Assembly: GCA_003241645.1 (NCBI GenBank)
Contig: QFOX01000004.1
Location: 183-64,182 of the forward strand
Length of the DNA: 64,000 bases
From: Azospirillum brasilense
GTDB lineage: Bacteria > Pseudomonadota > Alphaproteobacteria > Rickettsiales > UBA3002
Reading direction: 5' to 3'
Made by a program: the position numbers and the translations under genes. The notes beneath the pieces were generated by a model. It made no database searches. It saw nothing but the letters and a program-made list of their open reading frames with translations, and was not told where the DNA came from. Below, in pieces: positions 53,344 through 64,000 of the stretch (the stretch's first letter is position 1; every line of letters begins with the position of its first letter).

Positions 53344-54509
53344 AATTGAACATTGACCGGCGCGATTCATCGGCCTTCGGCCGTTGGTGGATGACCATCG
53401 ACCGCCCGGCCTTCTTCGCCATGATGGCGCTCATCTGCATCGGCCTGTTCCTGGTGGCGGCGGGCAGCCCGCCGGTGGCGCGCCGCATCGGCCTGCCGGA
53501 TTTCTATTTCGTCACCCGCCACCAGATGTTCCTGGCGCTCTCCACCATCGTGATGATCGTGGTGTCGATGATGCAGCCGCAGCAGATCCGCCGCCTTGCG
53601 GTCATTGGTTTCGCGGTCACGGTGGTGCTGTTGCTGCTGCTGCCCGTCATCGGGTTCGAGAACAAAGGCTCCGTGCGCTGGATGCGCTTTATGGGCCTGT
53701 CGCTGCAACCGTCGGAATTCATGAAGCCCTGCTTTGCGGTGGTGCTGGGCTGGGTGTTCGCCGCGCGCTTCGAAGCGGCACATTTCCCGAGCTACCGGCT
53801 GGCCATCGGGCTGTATGTGCTGGTCGCGTTCCTGCTCATCATCCAGCCGGATTTCGGCATGGTGGTGACCGTGACCGGCATGTTCGGCGTGCAGTTCTTC
53901 CTCGCGGGCATGCCGTTCCTGTGGGTTGCGGGCATGATCGTGCTGGCGGTGCTGGGTGTGTATGGTGCCTACCACGCGCTGCCGCACGTGGCCGAGCGCA
54001 TCAACCGCTTCCTCGATCCGCAAAGCGGCGACAATTATCAGGTCGAACAATCGCTGCGCGCCTTCAAACAGGGCGGCTGGTTCGGCCGCGGCCCGGGCGA
54101 GGGCGTGGTGAAGCAGCACATCCCCGATGCGCATACCGACTTTATCTTCTCCGTTGCGGGCGAGGAATTCGGCATGATCGCCTGCATGCTCATCGTGCTC
54201 ATCTTTGCGTTCATTGTAGTCCGTGGCTTTTTGAAGCTGGGACGCGAAGGCGACATGTTCAGCATGATCGCCGTGGGTGGCCTGCTATCGCAGTTCGGCA
54301 TTCAGGCGCTGGTGAACATGGGCGTGGCGGTGAACCTGCTGCCCGCGAAGGGCATGACGCTGCCGTTCCTCAGCTATGGCGGTTCGTCGCTCATCGCCAT
54401 GGCGGGCGGCATGGGCATGATGCTGGCGCTGACCCGCAAGAAATATGGCAAGATGGTGGTGGATAACCGCGGCGCGAAGAAATACCGGGTAAGAGCGACA
54501 GTGAAGTAG
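53340..54509 (+). CDS. ftsW: Cell division SEDS protein FtsW
   Basis: 10-TM SEDS layout. LQPSEFMKP, HTDFIFSVAGEEFG, LPAKGMTLPFLSYGGSS. Confidence 0.95.
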   Translation: MKLNIDRRDSSAFGRWWMTIDRPAFFAMMALICIGLFLVAAGSPPVARRIGLPDFYFVTRHQMFLALSTIVMIVVSMMQPQQIRRLAVIGFAVTVVLLLLLPVIGFENKGSVRWMRFMGLSLQPSEFMKPCFAVVLGWVFAARFEAAHFPSYRLAIGLYVLVAFLLIIQPDFGMVVTVTGMFGVQFFLAGMPFLWVAGMIVLAVLGVYGAYHALPHVAERINRFLDPQSGDNYQVEQSLRAFKQGGWFGRGPGEGVVKQHIPDAHTDFIFSVAGEEFGMIACMLIVLIFAFIVVRGFLKLGREGDMFSMIAVGGLLSQFGIQALVNMGVAVNLLPAKGMTLPFLSYGGSSLIAMAGGMGMMLALTRKKYGKMVVDNRGAKKYRVRATVK

Positions 54510-54521
54510 TCAGCGACGCAC

Positions 54522-54628
54522 GTCATCCCGGACCAATGCGCGACGCGCATGCCGATCCGGGATCCATGCGAACTGTGCGCAGCACACAAATAGAGTCATT
54601 AGGAGATTCCTGCGTTCGCAGGAATGAC
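54522..54628. repeat. 107-bp compound hairpin repeat (family D) in the ftsW-murG gap
   Basis: gtcatcccggaccaatgcgcgacgcgcatgccgatccgggatccatgcg...gattcctgcgttcgcaggaatgac. It is the inverted counterpart of 1310..1412. Confidence 0.85.
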
Positions 54629-54741
54629 AAATCTGTATCGGTTCCCCCTGCCATTCTCGTTTCGTGCTACTGCTGTAGTGGCTTGCGTATTCTCCGCTTA
54701 ACAATTCTGATAAACCCCTTGCAAAGCCTCGGGCGCGTGGC

Positions 54742-55920
54742 ATGCTGCCGCGCATGAGCAAAAATCCACATTCCCGGGTGATCGTGCTGGCTGCGGGCGG
54801 CACGGGCGGGCATATCTTTCCGGCCGAAGCACTGGCCGAGGAAATGCTGCTGCGTGGCTATGAGCCGCATCTGATCACCGACCACCGTTTCCACCAATAC
54901 AACAAGAACAGCGCCGAGGGCGTGCTGGGGCGCATTCCCATTCACACCATCACGGCGGGTTCGCTGGGCGGCGGCATGCTAAGCCGCGCGAAGAACGCGC
55001 TGGGGCTGGTGCGTGGCACCGTGCAGGCGCGGGCGCATTTGAAAAAGCTCAAGCCCCTCGCGGTGGTGGGCTTTGGGGGCTACCCCTCGTTCCCCACCAT
55101 GGCAGCGGCGATTTTATCGGGGCAGACCACCATCATCCATGAACAGAATTCCGTACTTGGCCGGGTGAACCGCCTGTTCGCGGGCAAGGTAAATCTGCTG
55201 GCCACCAGTTATGCCGACATGCGCGGCATGCCCGCGAAGGTGAAGGCCAGCGAATGCACGGGCAACCCCGTGCGCGCGGCCATTCGTGTGCTGGCCAACG
55301 TGGAGTACCCTACGCTGGCCGATGGTGGCATGCTGCGCGTGATGGTCATTGGCGGCAGCCAGGGTGCCAGCGTGTTCAGCCGCGTGGTGCCCGAAGCAAT
55401 GAAGCTGCTGCCCGGCCATATCCGCGCGCGCATCCGGCTGGACCAGCAATGCCGCGCCGGTGAGATCGAACAGGTGCGTGAAGCCTATGCCGCGCTCGGC
55501 ATGCAGGTGGATCTTGCACCCTTCTTCACCGACGTGGCCGCACGCCTTGCCAGTGCGCACATCATGGTGTGCCGCGCCGGGGCTTCCACCGTGGCGGAGC
55601 TGATGGCCGCGGGCCGACCCGCCATGCTGGTGCCGCTGCCGCAGGCGACCGACAACCACCAGTATTATAACGCCCAGGCCATTGAAGATGTGGGCGCCGG
55701 CTGGGTGATGACGCAGGACGCCTTCACGCCCGAAGCGCTGGCGACCAAACTTGAAACCCTGATCCTCGCGCCGCAACGGCTGGCGGAATACGCCACCGCC
55801 ATGCGCAAGCTCGGCAAGCCCCACGCCGCCAGTGCGCTGGCCGATGGCGTGCTGCGCGCCGCCGGATCGAACGCCCCCCAGAACCAAGGCGCACCCGCGC
55901 CGCAAGGAATCGCTGCATGA
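54742..55920 (+). CDS. murG: Lipid II synthase MurG
   Basis: [23 protein letters not shown]. The start could be the second ATG at 54754. Confidence 0.95.
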   Translation: MLPRMSKNPHSRVIVLAAGGTGGHIFPAEALAEEMLLRGYEPHLITDHRFHQYNKNSAEGVLGRIPIHTITAGSLGGGMLSRAKNALGLVRGTVQARAHLKKLKPLAVVGFGGYPSFPTMAAAILSGQTTIIHEQNSVLGRVNRLFAGKVNLLATSYADMRGMPAKVKASECTGNPVRAAIRVLANVEYPTLADGGMLRVMVIGGSQGASVFSRVVPEAMKLLPGHIRARIRLDQQCRAGEIEQVREAYAALGMQVDLAPFFTDVAARLASAHIMVCRAGASTVAELMAAGRPAMLVPLPQATDNHQYYNAQAIEDVGAGWVMTQDAFTPEALATKLETLILAPQRLAEYATAMRKLGKPHAASALADGVLRAAGSNAPQNQGAPAPQGIAA

Positions 55921-57389
55921 ACCAGAAGATCAAATCCTTCCCCATTGCCAACCGCATGTCGCTGGATGTGGGCACGCTGCATTTCGTGGGCATCGGCGGC
56001 ATCGGCATGAGCGGCATTGCCGAGGTGCTGCATAACCTTGGCTACAAGGTGCAGGGCTCCGACATGGCGGAAAGCTATGTGGTGGAGCGGCTGCGCAAGA
56101 ACGGCATCACGGTGATGATCGGCGCGCACACGGCCGAGAATATCGCTGGTGCGTCGGCGGTCATTATTTCCAGCGCGGTGAAGTCCGACAATCCGGAAGT
56201 GGTGGAAGCGCGGGCGAACCGCATTCCCATCGTGCGCCGGGCAGAAATGCTGGCGGAGCTGATGCGCCTGAAATCCACCGTCAGTGTGGCGGGCACGCAC
56301 GGTAAAACGACCACCACTTCGCTGATCTCGACGCTGTTCCTCGCGGCCGACAAGAAGCCGACCGTCATCAATGGCGGCATCATCAACGCCTATGGCACCA
56401 ACGCCATCAAGGGCGAGGGCGACTGGATGGTGGTGGAGGCCGACGAGTCGGACGGCACGTTCATTCGCATTCCCAGCACCGTGGCGGTGGTCACGAACAT
56501 CGACCCCGAGCATCTCGACCATTACGGCGATTTCGACAGCCTGAAAGCCGCATTCAAACAATTCCTCGACCAGCTGCCCTTCTATGGGTTCGGCGTGCTG
56601 TGCATCGATCACCCGGAAGTGCAGGCGCTGATGGCGAAGATCGTGGATCGCCGCATCATCAGCTACGGCACCAGCCCGCAGGCCGATGTGCGCGCGGTGA
56701 ATATCCGCCAGCAGCCGGGCGGCCAGCTGTTCGACGTGGAGATCGCCGACCGCGTGAGCGGCGAGGTGGCCCTGCTGAAAGACGTGCTGCTGCCCATGTA
56801 TGGTGCGCACAACGTGAAGAACGCGCTCGCCGCCATTACCGTGGCGCGCGAAGTGGGCATTGCGGATGCGTTCATCCTGAAAGGCCTGCGTGAGTTCGGC
56901 GGGGTGAAGCGCCGCTTCACCAAAACCGGCGAAGCGCACGGCGTGACCGTCATCGACGATTACGGCCACCACCCGGTGGAAATTGCCGCCACGCTGAGCA
57001 GCGCGCGCCAAGCGGTGGAAGCCACGGGCGGGCGTGTCATCGCCGTCATCCAGCCGCACCGCTACACGCGCCTGAGCCACCTGTTCAACGAATTCTGCAC
57101 CTGCGCCACCGACGCCGACACCGTACTGGTGACCGATGTGTACAGCGCGGGTGAAGAGCCCATCGAGGGCGCGGACCGCGACCATCTCGTCGAAGGCATG
57201 CGTGCGCATGGCCACCGCCATGCCATTGCCCTGCCGGGCGAGGGCATGCTCGCCGAGATCCTTGCCGACATTGTGCAGCCCGGCGATTTTGTGGTGTGCC
57301 TTGGCGCGGGCAGCATCAGCAAATGGGCGGGGGCGCTTCCTGCGCAGCTTGAGCCATTGCTAGCTAAAAAGCTGAAAGAACGTGCGTAA
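55917..57389 (+). CDS. murC: UDP-MurNAc--L-alanine ligase
   Basis: [17 protein letters not shown]...[13 protein letters not shown]...DDYGHHP. Confidence 0.95.
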   Translation: MNQKIKSFPIANRMSLDVGTLHFVGIGGIGMSGIAEVLHNLGYKVQGSDMAESYVVERLRKNGITVMIGAHTAENIAGASAVIISSAVKSDNPEVVEARANRIPIVRRAEMLAELMRLKSTVSVAGTHGKTTTTSLISTLFLAADKKPTVINGGIINAYGTNAIKGEGDWMVVEADESDGTFIRIPSTVAVVTNIDPEHLDHYGDFDSLKAAFKQFLDQLPFYGFGVLCIDHPEVQALMAKIVDRRIISYGTSPQADVRAVNIRQQPGGQLFDVEIADRVSGEVALLKDVLLPMYGAHNVKNALAAITVAREVGIADAFILKGLREFGGVKRRFTKTGEAHGVTVIDDYGHHPVEIAATLSSARQAVEATGGRVIAVIQPHRYTRLSHLFNEFCTCATDADTVLVTDVYSAGEEPIEGADRDHLVEGMRAHGHRHAIALPGEGMLAEILADIVQPGDFVVCLGAGSISKWAGALPAQLEPLLAKKLKERA

Positions 57390-58269
57390 CGACCTTCCCG
57401 AGATCCGCGGGCAATACCGCTTCGATGCACCGTTGGCCAAGACCACCTGGTTCCAGGTGGGCGGCGCGGCGGATGTGCTGTTCAAGCCGGCCGACACGCA
57501 AGACCTTGCCCATTTCCTGAAGCATAAACCCGCCGATCTGCCCGTGACCGTGCTGGGGGTGGGCAGCAACCTCATCATTCGCGATGGCGGCATTGAAGGC
57601 GTGGTTATCAAGCTGGGGCGCGGCTTCACGCAGGCGGAGCTTCGCGATGGCGAGATCGAGGCGGGTGCCGCGCTGCTGGATGTGCATCTGGCCCGCTTCA
57701 GTGCCGATCAGGGCTGCGCCGGGCTTGAATTCTTCGCGGGCATTCCGGGCACGGTTGGCGGTGCGCTCGCCATGAACGCCGGGGCCTATGGCCGCGAAAC
57801 GAAGGATTGCCTGCTGCGCGCCGAAGCGGTGACGCTGGACGGCACCATCGTGATGCTGGAGCTGGACGAGATGCGCTACAGCTACCGCCATTATGGTGGG
57901 CCCGCGGGCCTTATTTTTACGCGCGCATGGTTCGCCACCACCCCGGATGCGCCGGAAGCCATTCACGCGCGCATCGCTGAAATTCAGGCGAGCCGCGAAG
58001 CCACCCAGCCCGTGCGCGAACGCACCGGCGGCAGCACCTTCAAAAACCCCGAGGGCCACAAAGCATGGCAACTGGTGGATGCGGCAGGCTGCCGCGGCCT
58101 GACCATGGGCGGTGCGCAAATTTCCGACCTGCACTGCAACTTCATGCTCAACACAGGTAATGCGACCGCCGCCGAGCTGGAAGCGCTGGGCGAAGCAGTG
58201 CGCACCCGCGTGAAGCAGCATGCCGGTGTGCAGCTGGAGTGGGAGATCAAGCGATTGGGGCGTTTTTAA
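57382..58269 (+). CDS. murB: UDP-N-acetylenolpyruvoylglucosamine reductase
   Basis: GTG start. [15 protein letters not shown]...VLGVGSNLI...[18 protein letters not shown]...GSTFKNP. Confidence 0.93.
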   Translation: MRNDLPEIRGQYRFDAPLAKTTWFQVGGAADVLFKPADTQDLAHFLKHKPADLPVTVLGVGSNLIIRDGGIEGVVIKLGRGFTQAELRDGEIEAGAALLDVHLARFSADQGCAGLEFFAGIPGTVGGALAMNAGAYGRETKDCLLRAEAVTLDGTIVMLELDEMRYSYRHYGGPAGLIFTRAWFATTPDAPEAIHARIAEIQASREATQPVRERTGGSTFKNPEGHKAWQLVDAAGCRGLTMGGAQISDLHCNFMLNTGNATAAELEALGEAVRTRVKQHAGVQLEWEIKRLGRF

Positions 58270-58275
58270 GCCGTG

Positions 58276-58372
58276 TGAAGGGGGCGTGCCGCCGCCCTTC
58301 GCTCGCGAAGGCTCGCTGACCCCCTCGCTTCGCGGCTCGCGCAGCGATGGCGCTACGCAGGCAATGCATCAA
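58276..58372 (+). repeat. Family A variant repeat in the murB-ddl gap
   Basis: tgaagggggcgtgccgccgcccttcgc...ccccctcgcttcgcggctcgcgcagcgatggcgctacgcaggcaatgcatcaa. The 3' 50 nt are near-identical to the glyQ and nadE copies. Confidence 0.85.
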
Positions 58373-58474
58373 GGGAGTTGCAAGGGCATAAGGCTTGCGC
58401 TAACTTCAGCGTAACAACAAAAAACCCCCTGCATCGGTAGCAATCACTTTTAAACGCGAGAAGGATCGCGCGCG

Positions 58475-59374
58475 ATGCATGTTGCCGTATTGAAGGGCGG
58501 GTTCTCCGCCGAACGAGATGTTTCCCTGACCAGCGGTGCCGCGGTGGCCAAGGCCTGCCGCGAACTCGGCCATCAGGTCACCGAGGTGGATGTGGGCCAC
58601 GACGTGGTCGAGAAACTCAAAGCCGCTAAGCCGGATGTGGCCTTCAATGCGCTGCATGGGCGCTTCGGCGAAGATGGTGGCATGCAGGGCGTGCTGGAAC
58701 TGCTGAAAATCCCCTACACCCATTCGGGCGTGCTGGCCTCAGCACTCGCCATGGACAAGCCCATGGCGAAGAACGTATTCGCCAGCGTGGGCCTGCGTTG
58801 CGCGCAGGGCCGCGTGCTGACCAAGCACGAGATGTTCGAGGCCGAGCCCATGCCGCGCCCCTTCGTGGTGAAGCCGTTGAACGAAGGCTCCAGCGTGGGC
58901 GTGACCATCGTGCATGACGGCGAGGATTTCAGCTTCAACGAGGATAACTGGAAATTCGGTGAGTCGGTGCTGGTGGAAACCTTCATCGCCGGCCGCGAAG
59001 TGCAGGTGGCCGTGCTGAACGGCAAAGCGCTGGGCGCCATCGAGATCCGCCCCAAGGGCAAGTTCTACGACTACGAAGCAAAATACACCGACGGCGGTGC
59101 CGAGCATCTGATGCCTGCGCCCATTCCCGCCGATAAATACGAGGAGGTCTGCCGCCTCGCCGAGCGTGCGCACACTGCGCTGGGTTGCCGCGGGCTGACG
59201 CGCAGCGACTTCCGCTACAACGAAGGCGGCGACGGGCAGTTCTACATCCTGGAAGTGAACAGCCAGCCGGGCATGACGCCGCTGTCGCTGTCGCCGGAGA
59301 TCGCCGCACACGCGGGCATTGGCTTCAACCAACTGGTACAGACCCTGATCGAGGGAGCGCAGCTGGATGCCTAA
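58475..59374 (+). CDS. ddl: D-alanine--D-alanine ligase
   Basis: MHVAVLKGGFSAERDVSL...FNALHGRFGEDGGMQG...EVNSQPGMT. Confidence 0.95.
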   Translation: MHVAVLKGGFSAERDVSLTSGAAVAKACRELGHQVTEVDVGHDVVEKLKAAKPDVAFNALHGRFGEDGGMQGVLELLKIPYTHSGVLASALAMDKPMAKNVFASVGLRCAQGRVLTKHEMFEAEPMPRPFVVKPLNEGSSVGVTIVHDGEDFSFNEDNWKFGESVLVETFIAGREVQVAVLNGKALGAIEIRPKGKFYDYEAKYTDGGAEHLMPAPIPADKYEEVCRLAERAHTALGCRGLTRSDFRYNEGGDGQFYILEVNSQPGMTPLSLSPEIAAHAGIGFNQLVQTLIEGAQLDA

Positions 59375-60251
59375 ACGCGCCAGAGTGAAAGTGACCTCAC
59401 GCGGGCCCACACGGGCGCAGCAGGCGGCCGAGTTCAGCCGCAAGAAGCAGAAGCTGCGCTCGCGCCAGTTGAAGCGCCGCGGGCTGATGGTCGCGGGCGT
59501 TGCTTTCGTGGCGTATGTGGGCGTGGGCGGCTGGTGGCTGAGCCACACCGGCAAGATCGAGCGCGCGGTGAACGTGACCAGCGATGCGTTCTGGGAAATG
59601 ACCGCGGATGCGGGCTTCCGCCTTGACCAGATCTACCTTACGGGGCGCGAACATGCCGACGTGAACGTGGTGAAAGCCGCCATCGGTATGGAGTCCGGCT
59701 CGCCGATCCTTGCCGTGCCGCTGAAAGAATTGCAGGCGCGCCTGCAGGAAATTCCCGAAGTGAAATCCGCCACCATTGCGCGCCAGCTGCCGAACAAACT
59801 CAGCATCGTGCTGGCCGAGCGCCAGCCCGCGGCCGTGTGGCAGCGCGAAGGCAAACACATGCTGGTGGATGCCGAAGGCGTGGTGCTTGCCAGCGACAAA
59901 TACAAAACCCGCGAATCGCTGCCGGTGATCGTGGGCAACGACGCCCCGCAACATGTGCGCGAATTGCTGGCGCTGCTGAACGCGGCGCCAAGTGTGAAGC
60001 CGCAAGTGGCGGCTGCCGTGCGTGTGGGCGACCGCCGCTGGAATGTGCGGCTGGCGAACAACGTCACCGTGATGCTGCCCGAGGAGAACCCACAAGCGGC
60101 ATGGACGCGCTTTTCGCGGTTAGTAGATCGCGAAGGGTTGTTGACCAAAGCGATCCGCAGCGTAGATATGCGCATGGAAGACCGCGTGTTCATCATGCCG
60201 TTGGAACAACAACAAAATCCCATCACGCTGACCACCGCGCGTGATACCTAA
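59367..60251 (+). CDS. ftsQ: Cell division protein FtsQ
   Basis: Basic N-terminus, one TM segment (LMVAGVAFVAYVGVGGWWL), then POTRA-like YLTGREHADVNVV. Positioned between ddl and ftsA. Confidence 0.88.
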   Translation: MPKRARVKVTSRGPTRAQQAAEFSRKKQKLRSRQLKRRGLMVAGVAFVAYVGVGGWWLSHTGKIERAVNVTSDAFWEMTADAGFRLDQIYLTGREHADVNVVKAAIGMESGSPILAVPLKELQARLQEIPEVKSATIARQLPNKLSIVLAERQPAAVWQREGKHMLVDAEGVVLASDKYKTRESLPVIVGNDAPQHVRELLALLNAAPSVKPQVAAAVRVGDRRWNVRLANNVTVMLPEENPQAAWTRFSRLVDREGLLTKAIRSVDMRMEDRVFIMPLEQQQNPITLTTARDT

Positions 60252-60268
60252 GGAGCGACGAGAATAGC

Positions 60269-61522
60269 ATGCGTAATGTCACCCCGCACCGCCATGGGCC
60301 CATCGCGACGTTGGATATCGGCACCACAAAGATCGTCTGCATGATCGCCACGCCCGACGAACAGGGCGAGTTCACGGTCATCGGCGTGGGCCACCAGCTG
60401 GCGCGCGGCATCAAATCCGGCGTCATCACCGAGATCAACGAAGCCTGCACCAGCATCACCGCGGCCGTGCACGCCGCCGAGCAGATGGCCGGTGTGACGA
60501 TCGAAGATGTGATCGTGAGCGTGAACGGCACCAACCTGAAATCGCGCAACGTGGCGGTGGAGCTGGATGTGCTGGCCGACGGCGTGAGCGACCAGGACAT
60601 TGCCGACATCATCCAGGAAGGCTGCGCCTCGCTGGAATCGCACGAAGCGTCGGTGCTGCATTATTTCCCCACGCAATACACGCTCGACAGCGCGCGCAGC
60701 CTGCGCGACCCACGCGGCATGATCGGCAAGAAACTGGGTGCCGACCTGCAGATCATCACCGCGCGCGAACAGTACCTGCGCAACCTGAGCCAGTGCATCG
60801 CGCGGGCACACCTGAACATCGCGGAATACGTGATGGTCAGCCATGCCAGCGCGCTTGCCGTGCTGGAAAAAGACGAAATGGACCTTGGCTGCACGGTCAT
60901 CGATATGGGCGGCGGCGTGACCAGCTTCTCGGTCTATGTGGGCGGGCGCAATATCTATTCCGACAGCATTCCCGTGGGCGGCAACCATGTGACGAGCGAC
61001 ATCGCGCAGGGGCTTTCCACCTCGCTGCACCATGCGGAACGCCTGAAGACGCTGCATGGCAGCGCCATCAATTCCGCGCGCGATGCCGACGTGATGATCG
61101 ACGTGCCGCAACTGGGCGAGCGCGAGGACGAGGACGAACCCACCACCATGCCGCGCGCCATGCTGGTCGGCGTCATCCGCCCGCGCATGGAAGAGATTTT
61201 CGAACTCATCCGCGGCAAGCTGGAACAGGCCGGCGTGGATAAGATCGCCGGTCGCCGTTGCGTCATCACCGGCGGGGCGAGCCAGATGCTGGGCGTGAGC
61301 GACCTCGCCGCGCGCATGCTGGGCAAACAGGTGCGCAAAGGCAAGCCGCTGCCCATTCCCGGGCTGGCGGATGCGGTGTCCGGCCCGGCCTTCTCGGGCG
61401 TCATCGGCATGCTGCGTTACGTGCAGCACCCGCTATGGGAGAATGAAATTTTCATGGCCGACCAGACGCGCCGCAAATGGCTGCCCGAGCGCATCGTCAA
61501 CTGGTTCCGCGAGAATTTCTAA
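60269..61522 (+). CDS. ftsA: Cell division protein FtsA
   Basis: ATLDIGTTKIVCMIA...VIDMGGGVTSFSVY...ITGGASQMLG. Actin-fold phosphate motifs. Confidence 0.95.
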   Translation: MRNVTPHRHGPIATLDIGTTKIVCMIATPDEQGEFTVIGVGHQLARGIKSGVITEINEACTSITAAVHAAEQMAGVTIEDVIVSVNGTNLKSRNVAVELDVLADGVSDQDIADIIQEGCASLESHEASVLHYFPTQYTLDSARSLRDPRGMIGKKLGADLQIITAREQYLRNLSQCIARAHLNIAEYVMVSHASALAVLEKDEMDLGCTVIDMGGGVTSFSVYVGGRNIYSDSIPVGGNHVTSDIAQGLSTSLHHAERLKTLHGSAINSARDADVMIDVPQLGEREDEDEPTTMPRAMLVGVIRPRMEEIFELIRGKLEQAGVDKIAGRRCVITGGASQMLGVSDLAARMLGKQVRKGKPLPIPGLADAVSGPAFSGVIGMLRYVQHPLWENEIFMADQTRRKWLPERIVNWFRENF

Positions 61523-61717
61523 CCGCGCATTCCGCGTTCTAAAAATTCCTGTGAATATTTTTTCGAAATCGATGCATTTCGATGTAACTAGCGCTAGACA
61601 GGTTTTCGAACACTACATATAGTGGTGTCACAAAAATGCGGCACACCGCAGAAAAAATATCGCATCCGGCAACATCCTAACCTTTGTTGAAACCGTGCCC
61701 CGCACGAGGAGAGCCGC

Positions 61718-63364
61718 ATGACTATCAATCTTCACCTGCCGTCCGAAATGGAAACCCTTCGCCCCAAGATCACCGTTGTTGGTGTGGGTGGCGCGGGTGG
61801 CAACGCCGTGAACAACATGATCGCGGCGAGCCTTGAAGGCATTGATTTCGTGATCGCCAACACCGATGCGCAGGCGCTTGATTCCGCCCGCACGGACCGC
61901 GTGATCCAGCTGGGCGTGAACGTCACGCGCGGCCTCGGCGCGGGCGCCAAGCCGGAAGTCGGCTACGCTGCCGCCGAAGAAGCGGTGGATGAGATCGCCG
62001 ATTCGATCGCGGGCAGCAACATGGTGTTCATCACCGCGGGCATGGGCGGCGGCACCGGCACCGGTGCAGCGCCGGTGGTAGCGCGCCTCGCGAAAGAGCA
62101 GGGCATGCTCACCGTGGGCGTGGTGACCAAGCCGTTCCAGTTCGAAGGCGCGCACCGCATGCGCATGGCCGAAGCGGGCATTCGCGAACTGCAACAATAC
62201 GTGGACACCCTCATCGTGGTGCCGAACCAGAACCTGTTCCGCATCGCCAACGAAAAAACCACCTTTGCCGAAGCCTTCCGCCTGGCAGATGAAGTGCTGC
62301 ATAGCGGCGTGCGCGGCGTGACCGATTTGATCGTGAAGCCCGGCATGGTGAACCTCGATTTCGCCGACATCCGCGCCGTGATGAGCGAGATGGGCAAAGC
62401 CATGATGGGCACCGGCGAAGCCACCGGCGACAGCCGTGCGCTGCAGGCCGCTGAAGCCGCCATCAGCAACCCGCTGCTGGACGATGTGTCGCTGAAAGGC
62501 GCGCGTGCCGTGCTGGTGAACATCACCGGCGGCATGGACCTGTCGCTCTACGAAGTGGACGAAGCCGTCAACCGCATCCGCGACGAGGTGGATGCCGACG
62601 CGAACATCATCTTCGGTTCCACCTTCAGCGATTCCATGGAAGGCAAAATGCGCGTCAGCGTGGTGGCCACCGGTATCGATGCGGCCGAACTGCAGAACCG
62701 CCCGACCCAGCCGGAATTCACGCAGGCCCCGCGTCCGCAAAGCCGTGCGCCGTTCAGCATCGGTGCGGCGGCCCAGCAAGCTCCCGTGCGTAAGGAAGCG
62801 CCCGTGGCCGCAGCGCCGCGCGCGGTGGCTCCCCAGCCGGTTGCCGCCCCCCGTGCGGCTGCCCCGCAAGCCCCGGTGATCCGTATCATCGATGAAGCCG
62901 CGCAAGCGCAGGAAGATGCGGCCCGTGCCGCTGCCCACCAGCAGCAAGTGGCCGCCATGAACGCGCAGGCTGCGCAGCTGGAGCAGGCCATGCGCCTGGC
63001 CGCCGCCCCGCAGCAGGCGCGCCCCGTAGCAGCCGCTGCCGCGGCCCCCGCACAAGCCGCCATGGCGGAAGCAGGCCCGCTGTTCGTCAGCCCGCGTGCT
63101 GAGCAGCCCGTGCAACGCACGCTGTTCGCGGCCCAGTCGCCGGAAATGGAAGAGGAAGAATACGACGACGCCAGCGCGGGCGGTAAGAACATCTTCGGTC
63201 GCCTTGCCAACGTGGGCAAGGCACTGGCTTCCGGCCGGGTCGAGCCGCGTGGCCGCGAAGAGCTTTCGCCGCGCAAGGCCGAGGTGCGTGAAGTCGCCGC
63301 CCAAGGGCAGGATGAGGAAGAGTTCTACGACATTCCCGCTTTCCTGCGCCGTCAGGCCAACTAA
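61718..63364 (+). CDS. ftsZ: Cell division GTPase FtsZ with a long P/A/Q-rich linker
   Basis: [30 protein letters not shown] (tubulin signature). C-terminal peptide [12 protein letters not shown]. Confidence 0.97.
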   Translation: MTINLHLPSEMETLRPKITVVGVGGAGGNAVNNMIAASLEGIDFVIANTDAQALDSARTDRVIQLGVNVTRGLGAGAKPEVGYAAAEEAVDEIADSIAGSNMVFITAGMGGGTGTGAAPVVARLAKEQGMLTVGVVTKPFQFEGAHRMRMAEAGIRELQQYVDTLIVVPNQNLFRIANEKTTFAEAFRLADEVLHSGVRGVTDLIVKPGMVNLDFADIRAVMSEMGKAMMGTGEATGDSRALQAAEAAISNPLLDDVSLKGARAVLVNITGGMDLSLYEVDEAVNRIRDEVDADANIIFGSTFSDSMEGKMRVSVVATGIDAAELQNRPTQPEFTQAPRPQSRAPFSIGAAAQQAPVRKEAPVAAAPRAVAPQPVAAPRAAAPQAPVIRIIDEAAQAQEDAARAAAHQQQVAAMNAQAAQLEQAMRLAAAPQQARPVAAAAAAPAQAAMAEAGPLFVSPRAEQPVQRTLFAAQSPEMEEEEYDDASAGGKNIFGRLANVGKALASGRVEPRGREELSPRKAEVREVAAQGQDEEEFYDIPAFLRRQAN

Positions 63365-63394
63365 AGTTTCTAGCTGTCCTTTTTAAGGCTAAAA

Positions 63395-63425
63395 GGTGTG
63401 GTGAGCGATCACCGCACCTTTTTCT
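63395..63425 (+). terminator. Rho-independent terminator after ftsZ
   Basis: ggtgtggtga gcga tcaccgcacc (one G-T pair) followed by ttttt. Confidence 0.65.
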
Positions 63426-63565
63426 TATTCGCCTTAAGCATTTGTAACGAAGCGCGAATTATCTGTAACAATCGGTTACAAAGCGTGAATTGCGCGGCTG
63501 CGTGCATCGCCGTATTTTCCGACCATAGGCCACAGAGCCGAAGCATTTCTAGAAACGGACATACG

Positions 63566-64000
63566 ATGGAAACCACGCATATCACCGAAGAATTCTTCCA
63601 ACACACTGTTGCGGCCGAAGTCAGCTGCGTGGGCGTGGCGCTGCACACCGGCGACATGGTGAACATGACCATTCGCCCCGCCGCGGTGAACACCGGCATC
63701 GTGTTCGTGCGCAAGGACGTGGAAGCGAACAACGTGGTTCCCGCGCGCTACGACGCGGTGGTGGAAACCACCCTCGGCACCACCATTTGCAACAAGCACG
63801 GCGTAACCGTTTCGACCATCGAACATGTGATGGCGGCGCTGTGGGGCGCCGGCATCGATAACGCCCGCGTGGAGCTGGACGGTGCGGAAGTGCCGATCAT
63901 GGATGGCTCGAGCGAGCCGTTCGTGTTCCTGCTGGATTGTGCCGGCCGCGTGCAGCAGCGCGCCACCCGCCGCACCATCGAGATCCTGCAGGAAGTCAGC
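63566..64000 (+). CDS. lpxC: UDP-3-O-acyl-GlcNAc deacetylase, N-terminal part (runs off the window end)
   Basis: Not in the ORF track because there is no stop. My translation from the ATG at 63566 is METTHITEEFFQHTVAAEVSCVGVALHTGDMVNMTIRPAAVNTGIVFVR...TIEHVMAALWGAGIDNARVELDGAEVPIMDGSSEPF. Confidence 0.9.
   Translation, partial: METTHITEEFFQHTVAAEVSCVGVALHTGDMVNMTIRPAAVNTGIVFVRKDVEANNVVPARYDAVVETTLGTTICNKHGVTVSTIEHVMAALWGAGIDNARVELDGAEVPIMDGSSEPFVFLLDCAGRVQQRATRRTIEILQEVS

Noticed and set aside
62700-63250. Long P/A/Q-rich segment in FtsZ as a possible repeat insertion
   Set aside because: A long disordered linker before the conserved C-terminal peptide is normal for alphaproteobacterial FtsZ. 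I noticed no nucleotide similarity to the repeat families.
46041-63304. Series of long minus-strand ORFs across the dcw cluster (46041..48140, 49449..50816, 50713..52245, 52273..53370, 55665..57221, 61628..63304 and others)
   Set aside because: Each is antisense to a dcw gene with textbook motifs. Their composition is H/R/A/G-rich and they carry no motifs of their own.
1-64000. Possibility that the many repeats represent a CRISPR array, IS elements or a prophage
   Set aside because: The copies are dispersed singly, not arrayed with spacers. No cas, transposase, integrase or phage structural genes were recognised, and no tRNA genes were seen.

Overview
This is a high-GC (about 60-65% by eye) chromosomal core region of alphaproteobacterial type. 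The left two thirds carry housekeeping genes on both strands: glyQ and glyS split by panD and two lipoprotein ORFs, yqgE, ygfZ, a GT4 glycosyltransferase, a usg-like gene, etfBA, nadE, gltX, cysS, cimA, a TrmJ-like methyltransferase, rpsD, grxD, purL, bolA, purQ-purS-purC, DUF1476/zeta, an EamA transporter, an amidase and RNase P RNA. The right third is a complete co-directional dcw cluster (mraZ-rsmH-ftsL-ftsI-murE-murF-mraY-murD-ftsW-murG-murC-murB-ddl-ftsQ-ftsA-ftsZ) followed by the start of lpxC. I saw no tRNA, rRNA, CRISPR array, IS transposase or prophage.

The unusual content is:
(i) A very high load of structured palindromic repeats, at least 15 copies in 4-5 families. They lie between genes and inside operons, in frame inside glyQ, nadE and cysS, and inside helices P3 and P12 of rnpB.
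(ii) A low-GC GIY-YIG nuclease gene bracketed by perfect 26-bp inverted copies of the basic hairpin unit. It is the best candidate for the repeat mobiliser.
(iii) A tandem set of four Gly/Ala-rich glycine-zipper membrane proteins, with a dispersed paralogue sharing an FAAAEEAR tail motif.
(iv) Two orphan prepilin-like genes, each next to a peptidoglycan hydrolase.
(v) A DnaA-box cluster, and a 10-bp-phased CCCAA/TTGGG array upstream of mraZ.

All functional calls rest on motif recognition by eye. No database search was run. Start codons may be off by a few codons and repeat boundaries by a few bp.
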